Of a stretch of 64,000 bases of DNA, positions 10,282 through 24,537 are shown in pieces (the first letter of the stretch is position 1; the number at the start of each line of letters is the position of its first letter). The stretch is taken from NCBI RefSeq assembly GCF_058153355.1, contig NZ_CM177019.1. One strand, given 5' to 3'. The notes beneath the pieces are model-generated. The model was not told where the DNA came from. It saw nothing but the letters and a program-made list of their open reading frames with translations, and did no database searches. The position numbers and the translations under genes are program-made.

Positions 10282-11784
10282 ATGAGCGAACCCCTGTTAA
10301 TTGCCCGCACGCCGGACACAGAACTGTTTTTACTGCCGGGAATGGCTAACCGTCACGGGCTGATTACTGGCGCAACGGGGACGGGTAAAACCGTTACGCT
10401 GCAAAAACTGGCAGAGTCATTGTCGGAAATCGGTGTTCCGGTGTTTATGGCCGATGTGAAAGGTGATTTAACGGGAGTAGCGGAGGAAGGTACATCTTCG
10501 GAAAAACTGCTCGCAAGGCTGAAAAATATCGGCGTCAATGACTGGCAACCACATGCTAATCCGGTGGTGGTGTGGGATATCTTTGGCGAGAAAGGCCACC
10601 CGGTGCGGGCGACGCTTTCAGACCTGGGGCCGCTGTTGCTGGCGCGACTGTTGAATCTCAACGATGTGCAATCTGGCGTGCTGGATATCATCTTCCGCAT
10701 TGCTGATGATCAGGGGCTGTTACTGCTCGACTTTAAAGATTTGCGGGCGATTACCCAGTACATCGGCGATAACGCCAAATCCTTCCAGAATCAGTACGGT
10801 AATATCAGTAGCGCATCGGTTGGTGCCATCCAGCGCGGGCTGTTATCGCTGGAACAGCAAGGCGCAGCACACTTCTTTGGTGAGCCGATGCTGGATATCA
10901 AAGACTGGATGCGTACCGATACCAACGGTAAAGGCGTTATCAATATCCTCAGCGCCGAGAAGCTTTATCAGATGCCGAAACTGTACGCCGCCAGCCTGCT
11001 GTGGATGCTTTCAGAGTTATATGAACAATTGCCTGAAGCGGGCGATCTGGAGAAACCAAAACTGGTGTTTTTCTTCGACGAAGCACATCTGCTGTTTAAC
11101 GATGCACCGCAGGTACTGCTGGATAAGATTGAGCAGGTGATAAGGCTTATTCGCTCAAAAGGCGTGGGCGTCTGGTTCGTTTCGCAAAACCCGTCAGATA
11201 TCCCGGATAACGTGCTCGGGCAGCTCGGTAATCGCGTTCAACACGCTTTGCGTGCTTTTACGCCTAAAGATCAGAAAGCAGTAAAAGCTGCGGCGCAAAC
11301 CATGCGGGCCAATCCGGCGTTTGATACCGAAAAGGCAATCCAGGAACTGGGGACCGGCGAGGCGTTAATCTCGTTTCTCGATGCGAAAGGAAGCCCTTCA
11401 GTGGTGGAACGGGCGATGGTGATTGCCCCCTGTTCACGAATGGGGCCGGTGACGGAAGATGAGCGTAACGGCCTGATTAATAACTCCCCGGTGTATGGCA
11501 AGTACGAGGATGACGTGGACCGGGAATCCGCCTATGAGATGTTGCAAAAAGGCTTTCAGGCCAGTACCGAGCAGCAAAATAATCCTCCCGCGAAAGGGAA
11601 AGAGGTGGCGGTGGATGACGGTATTCTTGGTGGATTGAAGGATATTTTGTTTGGCACTACCGGACCACGCGGCGGGAAGAAAGATGGTGTGGTGCAAACA
11701 ATGGCGAAAAGCGCCGCCCGCCAGGTGACGAATCAGATTGTGCGTGGTGTGCTGGGGAGTTTGCTGGGGGGGAGAAGAAGGTAA
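10282..11784 (+). CDS. yjgR: Putative ATPase YjgR (DUF853 family P-loop NTPase)
   Basis: 500-aa ORF starting [20 protein letters not shown] with Walker A GATGTGKT. The ATG at 10282 is preceded by ggaggaa. Confidence 0.85.
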   Translation: MSEPLLIARTPDTELFLLPGMANRHGLITGATGTGKTVTLQKLAESLSEIGVPVFMADVKGDLTGVAEEGTSSEKLLARLKNIGVNDWQPHANPVVVWDIFGEKGHPVRATLSDLGPLLLARLLNLNDVQSGVLDIIFRIADDQGLLLLDFKDLRAITQYIGDNAKSFQNQYGNISSASVGAIQRGLLSLEQQGAAHFFGEPMLDIKDWMRTDTNGKGVINILSAEKLYQMPKLYAASLLWMLSELYEQLPEAGDLEKPKLVFFFDEAHLLFNDAPQVLLDKIEQVIRLIRSKGVGVWFVSQNPSDIPDNVLGQLGNRVQHALRAFTPKDQKAVKAAAQTMRANPAFDTEKAIQELGTGEALISFLDAKGSPSVVERAMVIAPCSRMGPVTEDERNGLINNSPVYGKYEDDVDRESAYEMLQKGFQASTEQQNNPPAKGKEVAVDDGILGGLKDILFGTTGPRGGKKDGVVQTMAKSAARQVTNQIVRGVLGSLLGGRRR

Positions 11785-11944
11785 GTCAGGTGCGATTTGT
11801 CTTTGCCTGATGCGACGCTGGCGCGCCTTATCATGCCTACACTACTGCAATATATTGAATTTTCATGATTTTTCAGGCATGAACGAAGCACACTTTGCTA
11901 ACAATAATAAAGGGAGCTTTCGCTCCCTTTATTCGTTCATCCAG

Positions 11945-13027
11945 TTACGATTTTCTCATTAACAGCCACAGGCTGATTAAGAAGAAGCTGGCGCTTGGCA
12001 ACAGTGCGCCGATGATCGGCGGGATGCCGTAAACCAGCGTCAGCGGGCCGAAGATCTGGTCCAGTACGTAGAAGACAAAACCGAAGCTGATACCGGTGAC
12101 CACACGCACGCCCATCGGCACGCTACGCAGTGGGCCGAAGATGAACGACAGCGCCATCAGCATCATCACCGCCACGGATAACGGCTGGAAGATTTTGCTC
12201 CACATGTTGAGCTGATAACGTCCGGCATCCTGACCGCTCGACTTCAGATACTTCACGTAGTTGTGCAAACCACTGATGGAGAGTGCATCCGGGTCCAGCG
12301 CCACCACGCCCAGTTTGTCCGGCGTGAGGTTGGTTTTCCAGGTACCGCTCACCGTCTGTGAACCAGTGATCTGTTTCGGATTGGTCAGATCAGATTCATC
12401 AACCTGCGACAGACGCCAGACTTTATGTTCCGGGTCAAACTTCGCGGTAGCGGCATAGCGTACAGATTGCAGACGACGATTCTCATTAAAGGCATAGATA
12501 CTGATGCCACCTAACTCTTCGTCACCTTTAACCCGCTCAATGTAGACGAAGTTGTTGCCATCTTTTGCCCATAAACCTTGCTGGGTAGAGAGCAACGAGC
12601 CACCGTACATCGCCTGCGCACGGTAGTTACGCGCCATCTGCTCGCCCTGCGGTGCGACCCATTCGCCAATCGCCATCGTCAACAAGACCAGCGGAATGGC
12701 GGTTTTCATCACCGACAGTGCCACCTGCATACGGGTAAAACCAGAAGCCTGCATGACCACCAGTTCGCTGCGCTGCGCCAACATCCCAAGACCAAGCAAC
12801 GCCCCAAGCAGAGCCGCCATCGGGAAGAAGATTTGCACATCTTTCGGCACGCTCAGCAAGGTATACATTCCTGCGCCTAACGCGTCGTAACTCCCCTGCC
12901 CGGCTTTTTTCAGCTGATCGACAAACTTGATAATGCCCGACAGCGACACCAGCATGAACAGCGTCATCATGATGGTGGTGAAAATAGTTTTACCGATATA
13001 GCGGTCAAGTACGCCAAAAGGTTGCAT
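11945..13027 (-). CDS. lptG: Lipopolysaccharide export ABC transporter permease LptG
   Basis: 360-aa polytopic membrane ORF, MQPFGVLDRYIGKTIF..., whose start overlaps the lptF stop. Confidence 0.9.
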   Translation of the reverse strand: MQPFGVLDRYIGKTIFTTIMMTLFMLVSLSGIIKFVDQLKKAGQGSYDALGAGMYTLLSVPKDVQIFFPMAALLGALLGLGMLAQRSELVVMQASGFTRMQVALSVMKTAIPLVLLTMAIGEWVAPQGEQMARNYRAQAMYGGSLLSTQQGLWAKDGNNFVYIERVKGDEELGGISIYAFNENRRLQSVRYAATAKFDPEHKVWRLSQVDESDLTNPKQITGSQTVSGTWKTNLTPDKLGVVALDPDALSISGLHNYVKYLKSSGQDAGRYQLNMWSKIFQPLSVAVMMLMALSFIFGPLRSVPMGVRVVTGISFGFVFYVLDQIFGPLTLVYGIPPIIGALLPSASFFLISLWLLMRKS

Positions 13028-14127
13028 CACACCGCTCCTTTACGCGAAAAACTGGCGCGCAGGCGGCGGACCGGCACGGTGTCCCAAAGGTTGAGAACAA
13101 TCGCCAAAGCCAGATAAATCAGGTTAACGGTCCACATCCACAGCGTCGGGTCCAGCTTACCTTTACCGCCGTTCGATTTCAGGGAGGTCTGGATCAGGAA
13201 GAACAACAGATACAGCAGCATGGCTGGCAGCATCGACAGTACGCGTCCCTGACGCGGGTTAACCACGCTCAACGGTACAACCATAAGTGCCATCATAAAC
13301 ACGGTGAATACCAACGTGATACGCCAGTTCAGTTCTGCGCGGGCACGATCGGTGTCAGTGTTCCACAATGTGCGCATGTCCATCTGGTCGGTATCGTTCG
13401 GATCGAGCGCCACCGCCTGGTGACCAATGATCGCCTGATAATCCTGGAAGTCCGTAATGCGGAAATCGCGTAACAGTGCAGTGCCTTCGAAGCGCGTTCC
13501 CTGGTTGAGAGTGACGACCTGGGAGCCGTCGCGCAGCTGGGTTAAATGTCCGGAATCGGCCACCACCACAGAAGGACGTGCATTACCTTTTGGTCGAATT
13601 TGCGCGAGGAACACATCTTTGAAATCGCTGCCGTCAACGCTTTCGATGAACAGCACCGAGCTGCCATTAGTCGCTTGCTGGAATTGCCCTTGCGCCAGCG
13701 CCGCCATGCCAGGGTTCGCTTTCGCTTCTGCTAACACTTCATCCTGATGACGCGATGACCACGGTCCCGCCCACATCACGTTAACCGCCGCGACGATTGC
13801 CGTGAATACCGCAAGGATCATTGCCGCTTTCACCAGCACCGCTTTGCTCAGGCCGCAGGCATGCATTACCGTAATTTCACTTTCGGTATACAGTTTGCCC
13901 AGCGTCATCAGCAGCCCGAGGAACAGGCTTAATGGCAGGATAAGCTGCGCCATTTCCGGCACGCCCAACCCGAGAAGGGAGAGCACCAGATTCGCCGGAA
14001 TATCGCCGTCAACCGCTGCGCCGAGGATCCTCACTAACTTTTGACAGAAGAAGATCAAAAGCAAGATGAAGAGTATCGCCAGCTGGCTTTTGAGCGTCTC
14101 CCGCACCAGATATCTTATGATTATCAC
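13027..14127 (-). CDS. lptF: Lipopolysaccharide export ABC transporter permease LptF
   Basis: 366-aa ORF, MIIIRYLVRETLKSQL..., divergent from pepA. Confidence 0.9.
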   Translation of the reverse strand: MIIIRYLVRETLKSQLAILFILLLIFFCQKLVRILGAAVDGDIPANLVLSLLGLGVPEMAQLILPLSLFLGLLMTLGKLYTESEITVMHACGLSKAVLVKAAMILAVFTAIVAAVNVMWAGPWSSRHQDEVLAEAKANPGMAALAQGQFQQATNGSSVLFIESVDGSDFKDVFLAQIRPKGNARPSVVVADSGHLTQLRDGSQVVTLNQGTRFEGTALLRDFRITDFQDYQAIIGHQAVALDPNDTDQMDMRTLWNTDTDRARAELNWRITLVFTVFMMALMVVPLSVVNPRQGRVLSMLPAMLLYLLFFLIQTSLKSNGGKGKLDPTLWMWTVNLIYLALAIVLNLWDTVPVRRLRASFSRKGAV

Positions 14128-14390
14128 TTTAAATACGCCCGTAAAAACTCGTCTTTTGCAGGATTTTAGCTTGTTTCATGGCTTAAACGTCATTTATTCT
14201 CTTGAGTCGTCGAAATCGTCGCTAAGATAATTATACTCAACGGATTCACCTCTCAGATTTTGTTCTGACGTGCCAATGCCGTAATAACGTTAAGATTAAC
14301 ACGAAGTCATCGCAACAGCGGACATGAGTTACGAAAGCTTGCAATTCTATCTGTAGCCACCGCCGTTGTCTTTAAGATTCAGGAGCGTAG

Positions 14391-15905
<1,515 letters not shown>

Positions 15906-15926
15906 TTGCATCAGGCTGTGTTGTTA

Positions 15927-16014
<88 letters not shown>

Positions 16015-16067
16015 AACGCTGTGTATTACCAAATGCATATTTAAATCCACCACAAGAAGCCCCATTT

Positions 16068-16511
16068 ATGAAAAACGCGACGTTCTACCTTCTGGACAAT
16101 GACACCACCGTCGATGGCTTAAGCGCCGTTGAGCAACTGGTGTGTGAAATTGCCGCAGAACGTTGGCGCAGCGGTAAGCGCGTACTCATCGCCTGTGAAG
16201 ATGAAAAGCAGGCTTACCGGCTGGATGAAGCCCTGTGGGCGCGTCCGGCAGAAAGCTTTGTTCCGCATAATTTAGCGGGAGAAGGACCGCGCGGCGGTGC
16301 GCCGGTGGAGATCGCCTGGCCACAAAAGCGTAGCAGCAGCCCGCGCGATATATTGATTAGTCTGCGAACAAGCTTTGCAGATTTTGCCACCGCTTTCACA
16401 GAAGTGGTAGACTTCGTTCCTTATGAAGATTCTCTGAAACAACTGGCGCGCGAACGCTATAAAGCCTACCGCGTGGCTGGTTTCAACCTGAATACGGCAA
16501 CCTGGAAATAA
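16068..16511 (+). CDS. holC: DNA polymerase III chi subunit
   Basis: 147-aa [60 protein letters not shown].... Its stop overlaps the valS start. Confidence 0.9.
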   Translation: MKNATFYLLDNDTTVDGLSAVEQLVCEIAAERWRSGKRVLIACEDEKQAYRLDEALWARPAESFVPHNLAGEGPRGGAPVEIAWPQKRSSSPRDILISLRTSFADFATAFTEVVDFVPYEDSLKQLARERYKAYRVAGFNLNTATWK

Positions 16512-19366
16512 TGGAAAAGACATACAACCCACAAGATATCGAACAGCCGCTTTACGAGCACTGGGAAAAGCAGGGCTACTTTAAGCCTAATGGCGATGAA
16601 AGCCAGGAAAGTTTCTGCATCATGATCCCGCCGCCGAACGTCACCGGCAGTTTGCATATGGGTCACGCCTTCCAGCAAACCATCATGGATACCATGATCC
16701 GCTATCAGCGCATGCAGGGCAAAAACACCCTGTGGCAGGTCGGTACTGACCACGCAGGGATCGCTACCCAGATGGTCGTTGAGCGCAAGATTGCCGCAGA
16801 AGAAGGTAAAACCCGTCACGACTACGGCCGCGAAGCTTTCATCGACAAAATCTGGGAATGGAAAGCGGAATCCGGCGGCACCATTACCCGTCAGATGCGC
16901 CGTCTCGGCAACTCCGTCGACTGGGAGCGTGAACGCTTCACCATGGACGAAGGCCTGTCCAATGCGGTGAAAGAAGTTTTCGTTCGTCTGTATAAAGAAG
17001 ACCTGATTTACCGTGGTAAACGCCTGGTAAACTGGGACCCGAAACTGCGTACCGCAATCTCTGACCTGGAAGTGGAAAACCGCGAATCGAAAGGTTCGAT
17101 GTGGCACATCCGCTATCCGCTGGCTGACGGCGCGAAAACCGCAGACGGTAAAGATTATCTGGTGGTTGCGACCACTCGCCCGGAAACCCTGCTGGGCGAT
17201 ACCGGCGTGGCCGTTAACCCGGAAGATCCGCGTTACAAAGATCTGATTGGCAAATATGTCATTCTGCCGCTGGTTAACCGTCGTATTCCGATTGTTGGCG
17301 ACGAACACGCCGATATGGAAAAAGGCACCGGCTGCGTGAAGATCACTCCGGCGCACGACTTTAACGACTATGAAGTCGGTAAACGTCACGCCCTGCCGAT
17401 GATCAACATCCTGACCTTTGACGGCGATATCCGTGAAAGCGCTCAAGTGTTCGATACTAAAGGTAACGAATCTGACGTTTATTCCAGCGAGATCCCAGCA
17501 GAGTTCCAGAAACTGGAGCGTTTTGCTGCGCGTAAAGCGGTCGTTGCCGCGGTTGACGCACTCGGCCTGCTGGAAGAAATTAAACCGCACGACCTGACCG
17601 TTCCTTACGGCGACCGTGGCGGCGTGGTTATCGAACCGATGCTGACCGACCAGTGGTACGTACGTGCCGACGTGCTGGCGAAACCGGCGGTTGAAGCGGT
17701 TGAGAACGGCGACATTCAGTTCGTACCGAAGCAGTACGAAAACATGTACTTCTCCTGGATGCGCGATATTCAGGACTGGTGTATCTCTCGTCAGCTGTGG
17801 TGGGGTCACCGCATCCCGGCATGGTATGACGACGCGGGTAACGTTTATGTTGGCCGCAACGAAGACGAAGTGCGTAAAGAAAATAACCTCGGTGCTGATG
17901 TTGCCCTGCGTCAGGACGAAGACGTTCTCGACACCTGGTTTTCCTCCGCGCTGTGGACCTTCTCCACGCTCGGCTGGCCGGAAAACACCGACGCCCTGCG
18001 TCAGTTCCACCCAACCAGCGTGATGGTATCTGGTTTCGACATCATCTTCTTCTGGATTGCCCGCATGATCATGATGACCATGCACTTCATCAAAGATGAA
18101 AATGGCAAACCGCAGGTGCCGTTCCACACCGTTTACATGACCGGCCTGATTCGTGATGACGAAGGCCAGAAGATGTCCAAATCCAAGGGTAACGTGATTG
18201 ACCCGCTGGATATGGTTGACGGTATTTCGCTGCCGGAACTGCTGGAAAAACGTACCGGCAATATGATGCAGCCGCAGCTGGCGGACAAAATCCGTAAGCG
18301 CACCGAGAAGCAGTTCCCGAACGGCATTGAGCCGCACGGTACTGACGCGCTGCGCTTCACCCTGGCGGCGCTGGCTTCTACCGGTCGTGACATCAACTGG
18401 GATATGAAGCGTCTGGAAGGCTACCGTAACTTCTGTAACAAGCTGTGGAACGCCAGCCGCTTTGTGCTGATGAACACAGAAGGTCAGGATTGCGGCTTCA
18501 ACGGCGGCGAAATGACGCTGTCGCTGGCGGACCGCTGGATTCTGGCGGAGTTCAATCAGACCATTAAAGCGTACCGCGAAGCGCTGGACAGCTTCCGCTT
18601 CGATATCGCCGCAGGCATTCTGTATGAATTCACCTGGAACCAGTTCTGTGACTGGTATCTCGAGCTGACCAAGCCGGTAATGAACGGTGGCACCGAAGCA
18701 GAACTGCGCGGTACTCGCCATACGCTGGTGACTGTACTGGAAGGTCTGCTGCGCCTCGCGCATCCGATCATTCCGTTCATCACCGAAACCATCTGGCAGC
18801 GTGTGAAAGTACTTTGCGGCATCACCGCTGACACCATCATGCTGCAGCCGTTCCCGCAGTACGATGCGTCTCAGGTCGATGAAGCCGCACTGGCCGACAC
18901 CGAGTGGCTGAAGCAGGCGATCGTTGCGGTACGTAACATCCGTGCAGAAATGAACATCGCACCGGGTAAACCGCTGGAGCTGCTGCTGCGTGGTTGCAGC
19001 GCGGATGCAGAACGTCGCGTAAATGAAAACCGTGGCTTCCTGCAAACGCTGGCGCGTCTGGAAAGCATCACCGTGCTGCCTGCCGATGACAAAGGTCCGG
19101 TTTCTGTTACGAAGATCATCGACGGTGCAGAGCTGCTGATCCCGATGGCTGGCCTCATCAACAAAGAAGATGAGCTGGCGCGTCTGGCGAAAGAAGTGGC
19201 GAAGATTGAAGGTGAAATCAGCCGTATCGAGAACAAACTGGCGAACGAAGGCTTTGTCGCCCGCGCACCGGAAGCGGTCATCGCGAAAGAGCGTGAGAAG
19301 CTGGAAGGCTATGCGGAAGCGAAAGCGAAACTGATTGAACAGCAGGCTGTTATCGCCGCGCTGTAA
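16511..19366 (+). CDS. valS: Valine--tRNA ligase
   Basis: 951-aa ORF with class I aaRS HIGH ([13 protein letters not shown]) and KMSKS motifs and a C-terminal coiled coil. The large antisense ORF 16466..19045 is a shadow of it. Confidence 0.95.
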   Translation: MEKTYNPQDIEQPLYEHWEKQGYFKPNGDESQESFCIMIPPPNVTGSLHMGHAFQQTIMDTMIRYQRMQGKNTLWQVGTDHAGIATQMVVERKIAAEEGKTRHDYGREAFIDKIWEWKAESGGTITRQMRRLGNSVDWERERFTMDEGLSNAVKEVFVRLYKEDLIYRGKRLVNWDPKLRTAISDLEVENRESKGSMWHIRYPLADGAKTADGKDYLVVATTRPETLLGDTGVAVNPEDPRYKDLIGKYVILPLVNRRIPIVGDEHADMEKGTGCVKITPAHDFNDYEVGKRHALPMINILTFDGDIRESAQVFDTKGNESDVYSSEIPAEFQKLERFAARKAVVAAVDALGLLEEIKPHDLTVPYGDRGGVVIEPMLTDQWYVRADVLAKPAVEAVENGDIQFVPKQYENMYFSWMRDIQDWCISRQLWWGHRIPAWYDDAGNVYVGRNEDEVRKENNLGADVALRQDEDVLDTWFSSALWTFSTLGWPENTDALRQFHPTSVMVSGFDIIFFWIARMIMMTMHFIKDENGKPQVPFHTVYMTGLIRDDEGQKMSKSKGNVIDPLDMVDGISLPELLEKRTGNMMQPQLADKIRKRTEKQFPNGIEPHGTDALRFTLAALASTGRDINWDMKRLEGYRNFCNKLWNASRFVLMNTEGQDCGFNGGEMTLSLADRWILAEFNQTIKAYREALDSFRFDIAAGILYEFTWNQFCDWYLELTKPVMNGGTEAELRGTRHTLVTVLEGLLRLAHPIIPFITETIWQRVKVLCGITADTIMLQPFPQYDASQVDEAALADTEWLKQAIVAVRNIRAEMNIAPGKPLELLLRGCSADAERRVNENRGFLQTLARLESITVLPADDKGPVSVTKIIDGAELLIPMAGLINKEDELARLAKEVAKIEGEISRIENKLANEGFVARAPEAVIAKEREKLEGYAEAKAKLIEQQAVIAAL

Positions 19367-19385
19367 TACTCATAGTGAAAACGAA

Positions 19386-19411
19386 GGCCGGAGCATACTC
19401 CGGCCTTTTTT
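19386..19411. terminator. Bidirectional rho-independent terminator between convergent valS and yjgN
   Basis: ggccggag-cata-ctccggcc hairpin followed by TTTTTT. Confidence 0.7.
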
Positions 19412-20190
19412 ATCTCTTACAGAAATGGTAAAGAAGGCATAACTCCCCGAGAAATACTGGCTAAGAAGCCTTTATCTGGTTGTTCTTCTTTATTGATTAA
19501 AGGAAGGTCATCCAAATCGCCCAGCAAATACGTATTTTTTGCCTGCCAGTCAATCATCCATATTTTCAACAGTGGATAAGCCAGACCGCCCGTAATCCCG
19601 GATATCACCACCAACGCACACATGCGATAAAGCATACCGTGGTACGTTAAAGTTGAGCGAAAACGAATACGCCCATCATTCAGTGACAGGTTGCTCATAA
19701 AATGGTTTCGCAACGACACCGTTAAATAACTGGTGCTAACAGCAATCCCAAAATAATAGATTAACTGCGCGATTATCATTTTACGTTGCATTTCCATAAA
19801 TTGCTGTAAATTCTCAATGTCATCATTTGCATATACAGAACTATCATACGCATTTAATATTTGATCGAAGATAATATAACCAGCAACAGCGAGAAAAGGC
19901 AATAAAGCTAAAAATGCGAGAATGGCATATTTTATACAATACGTAGTATCTAATTTCACCTTGAAACGATGTATACCGAAACTGGTATTGCTCCAGAGAA
20001 AACTCATTACCAGACTATATAAAGTACCATTAAAAATACCAATGGAAACAATACCAACTATTGCCATCAGAACCATAGATATAATAACACTACTTGAACT
20101 ATTGGCATGTAGCATCTTTGTCGAGATAAAGAAAACAGTCCCCATCCCAACGGCCATTAAAATCGGCAAGAAAAAGGTCACCCACCAGAG

Positions 20191-21616
20191 TAATGCCGAT
20201 CAGTTAAGGATCAGTTGACCGATCCAGTGGCTGTGTAAGAATCCGGAAACGCTCACTTGTTTCCGGATTTTTTTATGCACATTGGACAGGCTCTTGATCT
20301 GGTATCCCGTTACGATTCTCTGCGTAACCCACTGACTTCTCTGGGGGATTACCTCGACCCCGAACTCATCTCTCGTTGCCTTGCCGAATCAGGTACTGTA
20401 ACGCTACGCAAGCGCCGTCTTCCCCTCGAAATGATGGTCTGGTGTATTGTTGGCATGGCGCTTGAGCGTAAAGAACCTCTTCACCAGATTGTGAATCGCC
20501 TGGACATCATGCTGCCGGGCAATCGCCCCTTCGTTGCCCCCAGTGCCGTTATTCAGGCCCGCCAGCGCCTGGGAAGTGAGGCTGTCCGCCGCGTGTTCAC
20601 GAAAACAGCGCAGCTCTGGCATAACGCCACGCCGCATCCGCACTGGTGCGGCCTGACCCTGCTGGCCATCGATGGTGTGTTCTGGCGCACACCGGATACA
20701 CCAGAGAACGATGCAGCCTTCCCCCGCCAGACACATGCCGGGAACCCGGCGCTCTACCCGCAGGTCAAAATGGTCTGCCAGATGGAACTGACCAGCCATC
20801 TGCTGACGGCTGCAGCCTTCGGCACGATGAAGAACAGCGAAAATGAGCTTGCTGAGCAACTTATAGAACAAACCGGCGATAACACTCTGACGTTAATGGA
20901 TAAAGGTTATTACTCACTGGGACTGTTAAATGCCTGGAGCCTGGCGGGAGAACACCGCCACTGGATGATACCTCTCAGAAAGGGAGCGCAATATGAAGAG
21001 ATCAGAAAACTGGGTAAAGGCGATCATCTGGTGAAGCTGAAAACCAGCCCGCAGGCACGAAAAAAGTGGCCGGGACTGGGAAATGAAGTGACAGCCCGCC
21101 TGCTGACCGTGACGCGCAAAGGAAAAGTCTGCCATCTGCTGACGTCGATGACGGACGCCATGCGCTTCCCCGGAGGAGAAATGGCGGATCTGTACAGTCA
21201 TCGCTGGGAAATCGAACTGGGATACAGGGAGATAAAACAGACGATGCAACTGAGCAGGCTGACGCTGAGAAGTAAAAAGCCGGAGCTTGTGGAGCAAGAG
21301 CTGTGGGGTGTCTTACTGGCTTATAATCTGGTGAGATATCAGATGATTAAAATGGCGGAACATCTGAAAGGTTACTGGCCGAATCAACTGAGTTTCTCAG
21401 AATCATGCGGAATGGTGATGAGAATGCTGATGACATTGCAGGGCGCTTCACCGGGACGTATACCGGAGCTGATGCGCGATCTTGCAAGTATGGGACAACT
21501 TGTGAAATTACCGACAAGAAGGGAAAGGGCCTTCCCGAGAGTGGTAAAGGAGAGGCCCTGGAAATACCCCACAGCCCCGAAAAAGAGCCAGTCAGTTGCT
21601 TAACTGACTGGCATTA
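20191..21616 (+). mobile_element. Insertion sequence IS4 (1426 bp) with 18-bp imperfect terminal inverted repeats and a 12-bp target-site duplication
   Basis: Left end TAATGCCGATCAGTTAAG; right end reverse complement TAATGCCAGTCAGTTAAG (16/18 match). Direct repeats CACCCACCAGAG at 20179-20190 and 21617-21628. Confidence 0.9.
20275..21603 (+). CDS. insG: IS4 transposase (DDE family)
   Basis: 442-aa [30 protein letters not shown]..., spanning almost the whole element. Confidence 0.9.
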   Translation: MHIGQALDLVSRYDSLRNPLTSLGDYLDPELISRCLAESGTVTLRKRRLPLEMMVWCIVGMALERKEPLHQIVNRLDIMLPGNRPFVAPSAVIQARQRLGSEAVRRVFTKTAQLWHNATPHPHWCGLTLLAIDGVFWRTPDTPENDAAFPRQTHAGNPALYPQVKMVCQMELTSHLLTAAAFGTMKNSENELAEQLIEQTGDNTLTLMDKGYYSLGLLNAWSLAGEHRHWMIPLRKGAQYEEIRKLGKGDHLVKLKTSPQARKKWPGLGNEVTARLLTVTRKGKVCHLLTSMTDAMRFPGGEMADLYSHRWEIELGYREIKQTMQLSRLTLRSKKPELVEQELWGVLLAYNLVRYQMIKMAEHLKGYWPNQLSFSESCGMVMRMLMTLQGASPGRIPELMRDLASMGQLVKLPTRRERAFPRVVKERPWKYPTAPKKSQSVA

Positions 21617-22249
21617 CACCCACCAGAGCCCTTTCATAGAGCAATTAAAACTAAATCTTACGCCGTTGAGACTGGTCATTAAGGCCTGATGACGCAGTCC
21701 TTTTGCTGCCATAAATATAAGCAAAACCAACAGTAACAAAGTCAAAACACAACCAACAAGCGGCATATCTGCTGACACTGTCATTAAGATTGCGAAATAG
21801 AAAAAAACAAAAACAAAAACAAGACAACTAACAAAAACATTCCCACCGGTAATTCCATAAGAAAATCGTTGTCCGTTAACTTCCATATTAGCATAAAGAT
21901 AACGCTTACATTTCATTAATGCCCATGGTAAATAGATACCTAACGTTATAATCGTTAACAACACATTCACCACACAAATAAGAAAATATCTCTCACCTGT
22001 ACCATGAAAAACAAACGAATGGGACGGAACATCCATTTCATTAATAACTTGAGCCATAAAAAATCCCTGAATTAAAAAATCCATTGATATAACTTATATA
22101 TACAGACAGTAAAATGTTCTGCCACGTTACAATACTCTTATCAGTAATAGGCTGGCAAAAACTTTATTACTTTATAAGTCGCTTGCGCACGTAAGAAGAG
22201 AGTGGTATTAAACAAATGTATAATTACTTTATTTTTATTGGGTTAAACT

Positions 22250-22753
22250 ATGAATAACATTGCGCCGCAATCACCTGTAATGCGTCGCCTGACGCTGCAG
22301 GATAATCCTGCTATCGCCCGCGTCATTCGTCAGGTATCCGCCGAATACGGTCTTACCGCTGATAAAGGCTACACCGTCGCCGATCCGAATCTTGACGAGC
22401 TGTATCAAGTGTATAGTCAGCCTGGCCATGCATATTGGGTAGTTGAGTACGAGGGTGAAGTGGTCGGCGGCGGTGGGATAGCGCCATTAACCGGGAGTGA
22501 GTCGGACATTTGCGAACTGCAAAAGATGTATTTTCTTCCGGCTATCCGCGGCAAAGGGCTGGCAAAAAAACTGGCCTTAATGGCGATGGAGCAGGCGCGA
22601 GAGATGGGTTTCAAACGCTGCTATCTGGAAACGACAGCTTTTTTAAAGGAAGCCATTGCGCTTTATGAGCATTTGGGCTTTGAGCATATCGACTATGCGC
22701 TTGGCTGCACGGGCCATGTCGATTGTGAAGTACGGATGTTGCGCGAACTCTAA
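22250..22753 (+). CDS. yjgM: GNAT-family N-acetyltransferase YjgM
   Basis: 167-aa ORF with an acetyl-CoA binding motif (RGKGLAKKL). Confidence 0.85.
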   Translation: MNNIAPQSPVMRRLTLQDNPAIARVIRQVSAEYGLTADKGYTVADPNLDELYQVYSQPGHAYWVVEYEGEVVGGGGIAPLTGSESDICELQKMYFLPAIRGKGLAKKLALMAMEQAREMGFKRCYLETTAFLKEAIALYEHLGFEHIDYALGCTGHVDCEVRMLREL

Positions 22754-22897
22754 AAAAATGCCCGCGTGTTCAACTCGCGGGCATTCGAACATTAACAACG
22801 TACGTTTTGTTTATGCCGGATGTGACATGAATGCCTTATCCGGGCAACAAATTCACCAGGTTGCAGGAACTACCTGGGCCTGATGCGCTACGCTTAA

Positions 22898-23314
22898 TTA
22901 GTGGCGAACTCCGTCATCGTCTTCATCGACAAAATCTTCATCGTCGCCATCTTCGCCGTTAGGATCTTCAAAGTAAGTGCCCCAACCGTCATACTCGACG
23001 TCAAATTTCTCCGCCAGCGTCATCAGTTGTTCCACCTGAGCATCAATCAGGTCGGCATTCAGGGCGCATTCGCTGAGGATGTCGCAGCAAATCACCACAT
23101 CACCATCCTCTACTTCCAGTTCTTCCGGATCGGTGACTTCATATCCGAGTTTAAACGCTTCTACCGCTGCTTTCTCCAGCGTTTCAAGGTCGTCTGCGGA
23201 AAGATGGTGCTCAATGGTGTACAGCGCATCTGGATCGCTGCCATCTTCCAGTAATTCTTCAATAATCAGACGTGTCTCTTCACGCTGCTCTTCCAGTTGT
23301 TCCGGGTTTGCCAT
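22898..23314 (-). CDS. rraB: Regulator of ribonuclease activity B
   Basis: 138-aa highly acidic [40 protein letters not shown].... Confidence 0.88.
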   Translation of the reverse strand: MANPEQLEEQREETRLIIEELLEDGSDPDALYTIEHHLSADDLETLEKAAVEAFKLGYEVTDPEELEVEDGDVVICCDILSECALNADLIDAQVEQLMTLAEKFDVEYDGWGTYFEDPNGEDGDDEDFVDEDDDGVRH

Positions 23315-23409
23315 GGCTCATTCCTCTTAATGTCCTGCCGATACTCTTATTGTCACACACCACTGACATTGCCTCCACCTTTGTGATAAAGATTTATGCT
23401 TTAGACTTG

Positions 23410-23452
23410 CAAATGAATAACCATACATATAAATTGAATTTTAATTCATTTA
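23410..23452 (+). promoter_or_regulatory. argI promoter/operator with tandem ARG boxes (ArgR binding)
   Basis: aaatgaataaccatacatataaattgaattttaattcat contains two TGAAT-N-ATTCA-like half-palindromes 25-65 bp upstream of the argI ATG. Confidence 0.5.
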
Positions 23453-23475
23453 AGCGTTAGCCACAGGAGGGATCT

Positions 23476-24480
23476 ATGTCCGGGTTTTATCATAAGCATT
23501 TCCTGAAATTACTCGATTTCACGCCAGCTGAACTTAACAGCCTACTGCAGTTAGCCGCGAAGCTGAAAGCCGATAAGAAAAGCGGTAAAGAAGAAGCCAA
23601 ACTCACTGGTAAAAACATCGCGCTCATCTTCGAAAAAGACTCGACCCGTACCCGATGCTCTTTCGAAGTTGCCGCATATGACCAGGGTGCTCGCGTTACT
23701 TATCTCGGTCCAAGCGGCAGCCAAATTGGTCATAAAGAGTCGATTAAAGACACTGCCCGCGTGCTTGGTCGCATGTATGACGGTATTCAGTATCGCGGCT
23801 ATGGTCAGGAGATTGTCGAAACACTGGCGGAATACGCTGGCGTACCGGTATGGAACGGCCTGGCCAATGAGTTTCACCCCACGCAGCTGCTGGCGGATCT
23901 CCTCACCATGCAGGAGCATTTGCCCGGCAAAGCGTTCAACGAAATGACGCTGGTCTATGCAGGTGACGCACGTAACAACATGGGCAATTCGATGCTCGAA
24001 GCTGCAGCGCTTACCGGTCTGGATTTGCGTCTGGTCGCGCCACAGGCGTGCTGGCCAGAAGCTGCGCTGGTTACGGAATGCCGCGCCCTGGCACAACAAA
24101 ATGGCGGGAATATTACGCTGACGGAAGATGTAGCTAAAGGAGTTGAAGGTGCTGACTTTATCTATACCGATGTATGGGTGTCGATGGGTGAAGCAAAAGA
24201 AAAATGGGCTGAACGCATTGCATTACTGCGTGATTATCAGGTGAACAGCAAGATGATGCAGTTGACCGGTAACCCGGAGGTCAAATTCCTCCACTGCCTG
24301 CCCGCGTTTCATGACGACCAAACGACGCTTGGCAAAAAAATGGCGGAAGAGTTTGGCCTACATGGCGGAATGGAAGTGACTGATGAGGTCTTCGAATCTG
24401 CCGCCAGCATTGTATTTGATCAGGCGGAAAACCGCATGCATACCATCAAAGCGGTGATGGTCGCGACGCTCAGTAAATAA
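23476..24480 (+). CDS. argI: Ornithine carbamoyltransferase
   Basis: 334-aa ORF with the carbamoyl-phosphate binding STRTR motif and HCLP motif. Confidence 0.92.
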   Translation: MSGFYHKHFLKLLDFTPAELNSLLQLAAKLKADKKSGKEEAKLTGKNIALIFEKDSTRTRCSFEVAAYDQGARVTYLGPSGSQIGHKESIKDTARVLGRMYDGIQYRGYGQEIVETLAEYAGVPVWNGLANEFHPTQLLADLLTMQEHLPGKAFNEMTLVYAGDARNNMGNSMLEAAALTGLDLRLVAPQACWPEAALVTECRALAQQNGGNITLTEDVAKGVEGADFIYTDVWVSMGEAKEKWAERIALLRDYQVNSKMMQLTGNPEVKFLHCLPAFHDDQTTLGKKMAEEFGLHGGMEVTDEVFESAASIVFDQAENRMHTIKAVMVATLSK

Positions 24481-24537
24481 TTGACATCTCTATAAAGATG
24501 CCGGGAAATACAAAAAATATCCCGGCATCATATTATT

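Larger units (their letters stand above)
19417..22084 (-). pseudogene. yjgN: yjgN (DUF898 inner-membrane protein) disrupted by an IS4 insertion: N-terminal 156 codons at 21614..22084, C-terminal remainder at 19417..20190
   Basis: Two same-strand membrane-protein ORFs flank the IS. The N-terminal fragment ends ...KGLWWV followed by a stop supplied by the IS terminus; the coding sequence resumes (LWWV)TFFLPILMAVG on the other side of the 12-bp duplication. Confidence 0.8.

Noticed and set aside
16466-19045. 859-aa minus-strand ORF antisense to valS
   Set aside because: It overlaps valS entirely, and valS has clear class I aaRS motifs. The antisense frame is open only because of GC-rich codon bias, with no independent support.
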